This document shows, piece after piece, positions 1-7,172 of a stretch of 34,508 nucleotides of DNA (its first letter is position 1; each line of letters begins with the position of its first letter). This stretch comes from Acidobacteriaceae bacterium (GTDB lineage: Bacteria; Acidobacteriota; Terriglobia; Terriglobales; Acidobacteriaceae). A program made the translations under genes and the position numbers. The notes beneath the pieces are model-generated. The model worked only from the letters and a program-made list of their open reading frames with translations. It did no database searches and was not told the origin of the DNA. The DNA lies in NCBI GenBank assembly GCA_036511765.1, contig DATCBR010000042.1, positions 1 to 34,508 on the forward strand, given 5' to 3'.

Positions 1-1
1 A

Positions 2-1381
2 CAACAGACGCCGGAGGGCCAGCAGGCGCATGCCGCGGTGGCTGCGCGGATGCGCGGCGTGCTGAACGAGCAGCGTCTGGTGAATCTGGACACGCTGTTC
101 TCGCTGAACGACGGCCTGGCTGATATGACCTCGGGCAAGCCGCCGGCGGGGCACCTGCTGGCGCTGGCGGCCGAGTTGCGGGATTTCGAGATGCCGCGCG
201 AGATCTTCACCAAGAGCGAGAAGGTCGACTGGGCGCCGCGCATGAATACCGGCCATCACGCGGAGTTGCAGATCAAGACCGACCTGACCAAGGTAATCAA
301 GCCGGTGGGATCGAAGTCGCAGATTGAGGCGGCGCGCGGGCAACTGATGCCGCTGCTGCGCGACACGCTGGTGGGACTGAACTACGCGTACTATGAGCCG
401 CCGGGTGCGCAGTTGCTGCACATCAACCCCCTGTTCGTGCGGTCGCACGACTTCCTGGGGAGCTCGGTGATCGGCGCGACCCGCATCTGGCAGGCGCCCA
501 CGCTGATCGGCGCAGGCGTCTCGGCGGGGGGCGGCGGGTATCTGATGGGTTCGCTGGCCGACCTGCCCTATGCGCTGGCCTCAGCCGAGCAGGACATGAT
601 CGCGCCGGAGCATGTGCAGGCGCTGATCTGGAGAGAGCTGGCGCCGCAACTGCTCTCCGATGCCGTGGTGGCGCGCTGGTGGAACGTCACGCCGGACGAG
701 GTACATGGGGTGGCGCTGTATCAGACGTTCGGCGAGCAACTGCTGACCGCGTGCACCATCAACCCGCACACCCGTGACAGAGTGACGGCCATCCTCTCCG
801 ACCGGCTGACCCCGCAGCGCATGACCGAGCTGACGGCGGCGATGCAGAGCCAGGACGCGATGATGGCGATGCTGCCACGCACCACGCCGGCGGAGATGTT
901 CTACCTGGGCACGCAGTTCCAGAGGCTCTATCCCGCGGATACGGCTCTGGCCGGCGATACCGGTCGCCAGCTCGCCGACTTGCTGGAGCACAATCCGGTG
1001 GAGCTCAACATGGACCGGCTCTCGCGCGACTTCGGCATCCCGCATCCCACGCTGGAGCAGACCAACGCACGCGAGTTGCTGGGCGTGAAGCCATTTCCGT
1101 TCTATGGCATCTTCTCCAGCCGCCTGTTTGGAGAGAGCTGGGAATCCACCAACCTTTACTGGGCGCGACTGGCCGACGAGATGGGCTACTCGCCCGCGAT
1201 GATGAACCGGATGGTGCCCGACCTGACACGCCAGTTCGTGTCCCGCATCTTTGCCACCGACCTGGAAGACTGGCCTGCCGTGCTGCGTGCGATGCGTGCG
1301 ACAGGCGACCAATTGAAGAAGAGCAAGGCTGGTTTGTCCACGGCGGCGAGCAACACGTTGCCGCAAACCGGCGCGCAATAG
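2..1381 (+). CDS. Hypothetical protein, 5'-truncated by the window edge
   Basis: Frame open from position 2 to TAG at 1379-1381, GC-rich third codon positions, and the next gene follows after 7 nt with a GGAGGAG RBS. No recognisable motif. Confidence 0.75.
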   Translation, partial: QQTPEGQQAHAAVAARMRGVLNEQRLVNLDTLFSLNDGLADMTSGKPPAGHLLALAAELRDFEMPREIFTKSEKVDWAPRMNTGHHAELQIKTDLTKVIKPVGSKSQIEAARGQLMPLLRDTLVGLNYAYYEPPGAQLLHINPLFVRSHDFLGSSVIGATRIWQAPTLIGAGVSAGGGGYLMGSLADLPYALASAEQDMIAPEHVQALIWRELAPQLLSDAVVARWWNVTPDEVHGVALYQTFGEQLLTACTINPHTRDRVTAILSDRLTPQRMTELTAAMQSQDAMMAMLPRTTPAEMFYLGTQFQRLYPADTALAGDTGRQLADLLEHNPVELNMDRLSRDFGIPHPTLEQTNARELLGVKPFPFYGIFSSRLFGESWESTNLYWARLADEMGYSPAMMNRMVPDLTRQFVSRIFATDLEDWPAVLRAMRATGDQLKKSKAGLSTAASNTLPQTGAQ

Positions 1382-1388
1382 GAGGAGT

Positions 1389-2435
1389 ATGGCGAAGCGA
1401 TTCATTGTGTTGTTGGTTGCACTGCTGGCCCTTCCTTTCTGCGGCCATGGGCCACGGGCCTCGGCGCAGGACGGGCAGGCCCCGATCCAGGTGAATGTAG
1501 TGCTGGTGCAGTTGAGCGTCGCGGTGACGGACAGCAAGGGGAACTACGTCAGCGGGCTGAAGCCGGAGGACTTCGCCATCTCCGAGGACAAGATCCCGGA
1601 GAAGGCAGCGACCTTTGAGGAAGGCGGCGGACCTGCGCGCACTGTAGCGCTCCAGCCGCTGACGGATGATCGCCCCTTCTCAGGCGCCACAACCGGCGCG
1701 ACTGAGACCACAGGCGACACGTCCCGGCTTTCCAGCGCAAACGTGTTTGTGCTGTTTGACACCAGCAACTATATGTATCGCGGCTTTGTGTATGCTCAGG
1801 ACGCCATCGCCGACTTCATCCGCTCACTGGAGGATGTGAGCAAGGTGGCGCTCTACTCCTACAGCCGCGATCTCTCGCGCGTGGTGACGCTGACGCCGGA
1901 CCGCTCCCAGGTGCTGCATGGCCTGCGCTCAACGGTGGCGGGCGACGATGCGGCCCTTTACAACAGCCTGCTGCTGACGGTGAAAGACGCCGCGCCGCTG
2001 ACCGGGCGCAAGGTGGTCGTCGTCTTCTCCAATGGCCCGGACAATGCGAGCCTGGTCCCGCCGGAGGACATCGCCGAACTGGCCCAGTCGACCGGCACCA
2101 TCATTTACATGATCAGCACGAAGGAAGCGCAGTCGGAGCCCATCTCGACCGCCGTCTTCCAGCGCATGAGCACAGCCACCGGCGGCAAGGCCTACTTCTC
2201 CAAGGACTGGCAGGATGAGAAGAAGGCGTTTGAGTCCATTCGCGACGATCTCGGCCATCTGTATGCGCTCAGCTATTACCCCGCGTCCAATCCCAATCGC
2301 GGGTGGCGCACCATCACGGTGAAGCTGGTCGGCAAAAACCTGCAGAAGTACCATCTGCGCACGCGGACGGGTTACCGGCTGCTGCTGACCCAGACCTCGA
2401 CGCCGCTACAGGAATCGAAGGTGGAGGCGCACTGA
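1389..2435 (+). CDS. VWA domain-containing protein (Acidobacterial VWFA-related type)
   Basis: Signal peptide, VNVVLVQLSVAVTDSKGNYVSGLKPEDF N-terminal motif, MIDAS-like DTSNY, TGG motif and the Y.L.YYP...GWRTITV...RTGY C-terminus. Confidence 0.85.
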   Translation: MAKRFIVLLVALLALPFCGHGPRASAQDGQAPIQVNVVLVQLSVAVTDSKGNYVSGLKPEDFAISEDKIPEKAATFEEGGGPARTVALQPLTDDRPFSGATTGATETTGDTSRLSSANVFVLFDTSNYMYRGFVYAQDAIADFIRSLEDVSKVALYSYSRDLSRVVTLTPDRSQVLHGLRSTVAGDDAALYNSLLLTVKDAAPLTGRKVVVVFSNGPDNASLVPPEDIAELAQSTGTIIYMISTKEAQSEPISTAVFQRMSTATGGKAYFSKDWQDEKKAFESIRDDLGHLYALSYYPASNPNRGWRTITVKLVGKNLQKYHLRTRTGYRLLLTQTSTPLQESKVEAH

Positions 2436-2545
2436 CGACCGGTTTGCGCTACTGAACCGCGGCCTGGGAATGTGTAGTGTCTCAGTTTGGCCCTTCGCCC
2501 TGTGTTCCCTTGGCACAAGGGGGCCTGTAATGCAATACTTTTCTT

Positions 2546-2770
2546 GTGCCGAGACCACGCGACTTCAACCAGCTCGCCAAACTGGTCGTGGACATTGCAA
2601 CCGGAGAGGTTGCCGATCCGTTGAGCGAAGCGAAGCGTCAGCCTATACCGCCACGTGGCAGACCCGGCGGATTGAAAGGTGGGGAGGCTCGCGCAAAAAG
2701 ACTGACAGCAGAAGAACGGGCCGCAATCGCGGCATCTGGCGCGCGTGCCAGATGGGGAAAACTGTTCTGA
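2546..2770 (+). CDS. Small basic protein with GGLKGGEARA...ERAAIA...ARW motif (KGG-like), of the type seen beside IS1/IS1595-type transposases
   Basis: 74-aa ORF with GTG start just inside the left IR. The RPRDFNQLAKLVVDIATGE and GLKGG.ARA..LT.EER..IA...A.ARW pattern is recognised from memory of the family. Confidence 0.8.
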   Translation: MPRPRDFNQLAKLVVDIATGEVADPLSEAKRQPIPPRGRPGGLKGGEARAKRLTAEERAAIAASGARARWGKLF

Positions 2771-2834
2771 ATATAGCGACTTGTAGGAATAAAGTGCCTG
2801 ACCAGCAGGCCGATAACACAATCGGGGCTAGTTC

Positions 2835-3329
2835 CTACACCTTCTGTTGCGCCTCTAACTCTAGGAGTTTCCGTTGCTTGCGCAGTACCCTCATCTCGTC
2901 ATTGATTTCGGCAATCGTCTTGCGTCTTGGGACGATCAGGAGTTGAATGAAGAACCCACAAGCGTTGGCAGTCAACCCAAGCTCAAGGAATCTCGGATGT
3001 TCGGTATTCACGACTGCGGCAGCTTTGGCGTTGTCCGAATCAGGACAGCCGGGAGCGCTAAGTATCAGGGCTGGGGGCGCGCCGGGAAAATCGGCTCCCT
3101 CTGCGATGAGCGTGCGATCATGCGTGCAAAGGGCAAAGACGGACACGAAATGCGACGGCCCCATCATGCCGCCCCTGCCGAGGATAGGGCTATTTCCCGG
3201 CACCCACATGTCTTTCGCCGTGACCAGTCGGAAATCGGAAGAGGTAGCTTGAAATGAGAGGGCTAGCAAAATCGTACCCACCAGATTCAAGAGCAGCGCG
3301 ATTCGCGCCCATCGAGGATCTTCTCGCAC
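2835..3329 (-). CDS. Hypothetical membrane protein (IS passenger): two hydrophobic segments and a C-terminal coiled coil
   Basis: 164-aa ORF with AAGGA RBS upstream of GTG. Hydrophobic segments IALLLNLVGTILLALSF and LGLTANACGFFIQLLIV, then a heptad-like IAEINDEMRVLRKQRKLLELE tail. Confidence 0.7.
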   Translation of the reverse strand: MREDPRWARIALLLNLVGTILLALSFQATSSDFRLVTAKDMWVPGNSPILGRGGMMGPSHFVSVFALCTHDRTLIAEGADFPGAPPALILSAPGCPDSDNAKAAAVVNTEHPRFLELGLTANACGFFIQLLIVPRRKTIAEINDEMRVLRKQRKLLELEAQQKV

Positions 3330-3515
3330 GGTTGAAATCCTTTGACGTACTAGATTGGACTGCTACCCTGGTGCTGATTGGGGGCCTGGTGTGGGGCTTC
3401 GTTGGAATGCTAAATCGGCATCCGTAAAAAACAGCGGCGTGCGTTAACACGAAGGCCAGAGAGGAACTACCCATCTCCCATTGGAGACAGGGATTCCGTG
3501 TAGTGAACTTTTTTC

Positions 3516-3544
3516 TTGACTGTTGGGGGATTGAGAGATACTCT
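3516..3544 (+). promoter_or_regulatory. Sigma70-type promoter inside the IS cargo
   Basis: TTGACT (3516-3521), 17 bp, TACTCT (3539-3544). Confidence 0.55.
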
Positions 3545-3549
3545 CAGGA

Positions 3550-3625
3550 CAGGTTTTCGCGACCAACACATCAAGGCCGAGTTTTCTAGGTCTTTGTCGA
3601 ACCCACCCTGGCAGGTGGGTTTTTG
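3550..3625 (+). ncRNA. Candidate ~75-nt small RNA inside the IS
   Basis: Lies between the 3516-3544 promoter and an intrinsic terminator, with no convincing + strand ORF. No family assignment. Confidence 0.4.
3600..3625 (+). terminator. Intrinsic terminator
   Basis: ACCCACC-CTGGCA-GGTGGGT hairpin followed by TTTTGTGTGTT. Confidence 0.6.
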
Positions 3626-3781
3626 TGTGTTCAAAATCTCCTTTTGCCCAGGACTCCATGTATAGCGCAATTTGGGTGGTGGAAGCAATAGAATTTGTGG
3701 GGACTGCACAACTTGGAGTGCTTCGAGCGATGCATATGGGCAAATAGGCCCTTATCCCTGTACTCATACTGAACTTTATGC

Positions 3782-3810
3782 TTGACAAAATAGACATAGT
3801 TCGGTATCGT
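3782..3810 (+). promoter_or_regulatory. Transposase promoter (leaderless arrangement)
   Basis: TTGACA (3782-3787), 17 bp, TATCGT (3805-3810). ATG lies 7 nt downstream with no SD. Confidence 0.65.
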
Positions 3811-3817
3811 TTGTCTT

Positions 3818-4639
3818 ATGAATAGGCTACCAATTGCGAAGCGGGCGCAGATTGTACAGATGCTCGTCGAAGGTAGCAGTCTGCGGGCCACGAGCCGGAT
3901 GGCAGATGTATCCATCAATACAGTTACGAAGCTGCTCTTGGATGTGGCGGAAGCAGCGCACGTTTACCAGCATGAGTTCGTGCGGAACGTCCGTTGCCGC
4001 CATATCCAGTGCGATGAAATCTGGTGCTTCGTCGGAGCCAAATCGAAAAACGTTCCGGCTGCACGCGAGCAAGATGGCAGGGGCGATGTATGGACATGGG
4101 TCGCAATCGACGCGGACACGAAGCTCTGCGTGGGCTACCTCGTCGGGGGACGGGATGCGTGGTGGGCAACTGAGTTCATGCGCGACGTTGCCTCACGCGT
4201 TCGGGGCCGCGTACAACTAGCGACAGACGGCCACAAAGCCTATCTGAACGCGGTCGAGGATGCGTTTGGGGGTGATGTGGACTATGCGATGCTCCAGAAA
4301 ATCTACGGCGCATCCACGGAGCCTGAGAAGCGGTACAGCCCTGCTACCTGCATCGGGTGCGACATGAAAACCGTGAGCGGTGTGCCTGATCCTAAGCATG
4401 TGAGCACGTCGTTTGTAGAGCGACAGAACCTCACTATGCAGATGAGCATGAGACGATTCACCCGGCTGACCAACGGCTTCTCAAAGAAACTGGAGAATCA
4501 TGCGGCGGCTGTGACCCTGCATTTCATCCATTACAACTTCGCCCGCGTCCACAAAACGCTGCGTGTCGCGCCCGCGATGGAAGCGGGCCTGTCCGACCAC
4601 ATCTGGAGCTATGAGGAAATCGCGGGTCTGGCAAACTGA
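3818..4639 (+). CDS. IS1-family DDE transposase (single ORF, N-terminal HTH)
   Basis: HTH (EGSSLRATSRMADVSINTV) and catalytic motifs QCDEIW, ATDG and SFVERQNLTM..MRRFTRLTNGFSKK. The stop codon lies inside the right IR. Confidence 0.92.
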   Translation: MNRLPIAKRAQIVQMLVEGSSLRATSRMADVSINTVTKLLLDVAEAAHVYQHEFVRNVRCRHIQCDEIWCFVGAKSKNVPAAREQDGRGDVWTWVAIDADTKLCVGYLVGGRDAWWATEFMRDVASRVRGRVQLATDGHKAYLNAVEDAFGGDVDYAMLQKIYGASTEPEKRYSPATCIGCDMKTVSGVPDPKHVSTSFVERQNLTMQMSMRRFTRLTNGFSKKLENHAAAVTLHFIHYNFARVHKTLRVAPAMEAGLSDHIWSYEEIAGLAN

Positions 4640-4700
4640 GACACTACCTGGGAATGTGGGTTTTGGCCAGATGCCTTTCGTCTGACGTACCATTGCGCGC

Positions 4701-6932
4701 ATGAATCTCCCAAAGGTTACCCGCCGCCAGTTTGTGGCGTCCTCGGCCGCCGCCGGGACAGGCGCTATTCTCTCGCACGTCGCTCCTGACCTGCTTGCTC
4801 AGGCCATCGCTCCCACTGCCGACCAACACTCCGCACCCGCATGGGCCACGCGCGTGCATCGCTGGGCGCAGTTGACGCTGGTGGAAGACGACCCCGCGCA
4901 CTTCGACACGGGCTTCTGGCTGGACTACTTCAAGCGCACCAAATCGGACGGCGTGTGCCTGAGCGCCGGCGGCTGCGTCGCCTTCTATCCAACGCAGGTC
5001 CCGTACCACCATCGCAGCGCATGGCTGGGAGATCGAGACCCCTTCGGCGAACTGGTCGCCGGCTGCCGCAAGATGGGCATGTCCGTGCTGGCGCGCACCG
5101 ATCCCCATGCGACGTATGACGACGCGAAGGCCGCGCATCCGGACTGGATCGCCGTCGAGGCCAACGGCAATCCGCGGCGGCACTGGGCCTCGCCGGAGAT
5201 GTGGGTGACCTGCGGCCTCGGCCCTTACAACTTCGAGTTCATGCGCGACGTGCACAAGGAGATCATGTCGCGCTACCACGTCGACGGCATCTTCATGAAC
5301 CGCTGGGACGGCTCCGGCGACTGCTACTGTGTGCACTGTCAGCAGAACTTCAAGGCCGCAACCGGCTATGACCTGCCGCGCAGTGCGGGTCGCCCGGCTG
5401 CGGCCAATCGCCGCGATGCTGTGGGGCGCGCGTTCTTCCTGTGGCGGCAGCAGCGGCTGACCGAGGTGGTCGACGTGTGGAACGCCGACATCCGGGCCAT
5501 CAATCCGGAGTCCAGCATCATCCCCAACAACGGCGGCGGTGCTACCAGCGGCCTGGACACCATCGCGCTTGGCCAGCGCGCACCGCTGATGGCCGCCGAC
5601 CGCCAGGCGCGGCATGGACTGGCGTTGCCGTGGGTGGTCGGCAAGTCCGCGAAGGAGTACCGCGCGACCATGGGCACGAAACCGGTGATCGGGCTGTTCG
5701 GGTTGGGACTTGAGGAGCAGTACCGCTGGAAGGACAGCGTGAACAGCAACGCCGAGATCCGCATCTGGGCGCTGGATGCGATCGCCAATGGCATGAAGCC
5801 CTGGTTCTGCAAGTTCTCCGGCACACTGCATGATGAGCGCTGGCTCAACGGCATTGCGGACATCTATCAGTGGACGGAGAAGAACCAGCCGCATCTGGAA
5901 CAACTGCGTCCGCTGGCGAACGTGGCGATTGTCTTCTCGCAGCAGACGGCGTGGTATCACGATGGCGCAGCCCGCGGCAGCTCGGTGGAGGACTATGCGC
6001 TGGGCTGGTACCAGGCGCTGGTCGAGTCGCGCATTCCGTTTGAGATGGTGCACGACCGTCTGCTTGATGCGGAACACCTCGCGCCATACCGCACCCTCAT
6101 CCTGCCCAACATCGCTGCGTTGAGCGATGCGCAGTGCGATCAGTTGCGCGCCTTCGTGCGTGGCGGCGGCAACCTCATCGCCACGCATCAGACCAGCCTC
6201 TTCGACGAGTTCGGCGGGCAGCGCAAGAACTTCGCCCTCGCCGATCTGTTTGGTGTGGACTGGACCGGCAAGAGCGAAGGCCCCATGCAGAACTCCTACA
6301 TCCGGCTGGAACATGAGACCTATCCGCGCCATCCGCTCTTCGCGGGTCTCGAAGACGCGCCACGCATCATCAACGGCGTTACGCGGCTGGAGGTAACGCC
6401 GCGCGCCAAATTCGCGGAGACGCCCTTCACGCTCATCCCCAGCTATCCCGACCTGCCGATGGAGAAGGTCTATCCACGCGTCGCGAAGACGGACATCTCC
6501 TGCTTATATCTACGTCAGGCAGGGGGGCGCGTCGCGTATTTTCCTTTCGACCTCGACCGCACCTTCTGGGAGGTCCTGAACCCGGACCATCTGCAACTGC
6601 TGCGCAATACTCTCGCGTGGGCGCACAACCAGCCGCAGTCAGTGGAGGTCGAAGGTCCCGGCCTGCTCGACGTGACCGCCTGGCACAATAGCGGCTCCGT
6701 CACAGTGCACCTCGTCAACCTGACCAACCCCATGGCGATGAAAGGTCCCTATCGCAACTTCTTTCCCATCGGCGAACAGACCGTGCGGCTGCGGTTGCCC
6801 AGCGGCATCCGCGCCACCCGCGCGCGCCTGCTGGTCACAGGGAGAGACGCACCGATCACACGATCAGGCTCCACGCTTCAGGTCACCGTGCCGTCAGTGC
6901 TGGACCACGAGGTGGTGGCAATCGAGACGTAA
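4701..6932 (+). CDS. Tat-exported putative glycoside hydrolase (GHL6-like TIM barrel plus beta-galactosidase trimerisation-like domain)
   Basis: Twin-arginine VTRRQFV signal, GPY..FM..V.KEI..RYHVDGIFMN, CYCVHC, and YRTLILPNIAALSDAQCDQLRAFVRGGGNLIAT. Confidence 0.8.
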   Translation: MNLPKVTRRQFVASSAAAGTGAILSHVAPDLLAQAIAPTADQHSAPAWATRVHRWAQLTLVEDDPAHFDTGFWLDYFKRTKSDGVCLSAGGCVAFYPTQVPYHHRSAWLGDRDPFGELVAGCRKMGMSVLARTDPHATYDDAKAAHPDWIAVEANGNPRRHWASPEMWVTCGLGPYNFEFMRDVHKEIMSRYHVDGIFMNRWDGSGDCYCVHCQQNFKAATGYDLPRSAGRPAAANRRDAVGRAFFLWRQQRLTEVVDVWNADIRAINPESSIIPNNGGGATSGLDTIALGQRAPLMAADRQARHGLALPWVVGKSAKEYRATMGTKPVIGLFGLGLEEQYRWKDSVNSNAEIRIWALDAIANGMKPWFCKFSGTLHDERWLNGIADIYQWTEKNQPHLEQLRPLANVAIVFSQQTAWYHDGAARGSSVEDYALGWYQALVESRIPFEMVHDRLLDAEHLAPYRTLILPNIAALSDAQCDQLRAFVRGGGNLIATHQTSLFDEFGGQRKNFALADLFGVDWTGKSEGPMQNSYIRLEHETYPRHPLFAGLEDAPRIINGVTRLEVTPRAKFAETPFTLIPSYPDLPMEKVYPRVAKTDISCLYLRQAGGRVAYFPFDLDRTFWEVLNPDHLQLLRNTLAWAHNQPQSVEVEGPGLLDVTAWHNSGSVTVHLVNLTNPMAMKGPYRNFFPIGEQTVRLRLPSGIRATRARLLVTGRDAPITRSGSTLQVTVPSVLDHEVVAIET

Positions 6933-6964
6933 CGCCGGCGTCAAAACTCCGAATCGCGATTTCG

Positions 6965-7054
6965 TGGCGGAAGAGGAGGGATTCGAACCCCCGATACCCT
7001 TTCGGGTACGCCGGTTTTCAAGACCGGAGCCATCAACCACTCGGCCACTCTTCC
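6965..7054 (-). tRNA. tRNA-Ser (anticodon TGA), CCA encoded
   Basis: Minus strand reads GGAAGAG...CCGGT-CTTGAAA-ACCGG, long variable arm GTACCC-GAAA-GGGTAT, GGTTCGAATCC, ...CTCTTCCGCCA. 90 nt. Confidence 0.97.
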
Positions 7055-7172
7055 GCTCAGGTCGATGATAAATGAGGCGCACCCACGGGTCATTTCCGGT
7101 GCTCGCGCGAATCGCCCGTAAGGCCCGGACACCTCCGCCTATAATCAGTTTCACCCTACGGAGGCCGGGCGG

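Larger units (their letters stand above)
2474..4647 (+). mobile_element. IS1-family transposon carrying passenger genes
   Basis: Perfect 16-bp terminal inverted repeats GTAGTGTCTCAGTTTG (2474-2489) and CAAACTGAGACACTAC (4632-4647). Flanking direct repeat CTGGGAATGT at 2464-2473 and 4648-4657 (or 8-bp TGGGAATG if the ends are 2473/4648). DDE transposase inside. Confidence 0.92.

Noticed and set aside
3444-3797. Minus-strand 117-aa ORF in the IS cargo
   Set aside because: No motif, no clear RBS or promoter, and it overlaps + strand promoter and terminator signals. Not called, although it cannot be excluded.
1-6964. Genomic island integrated at the tRNA-Ser 3' end
   Set aside because: No integrase and no duplicated tRNA 3' end in the window. 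The TGGCGGAAG match near 3945 is only 9 nt and lies inside the transposase.
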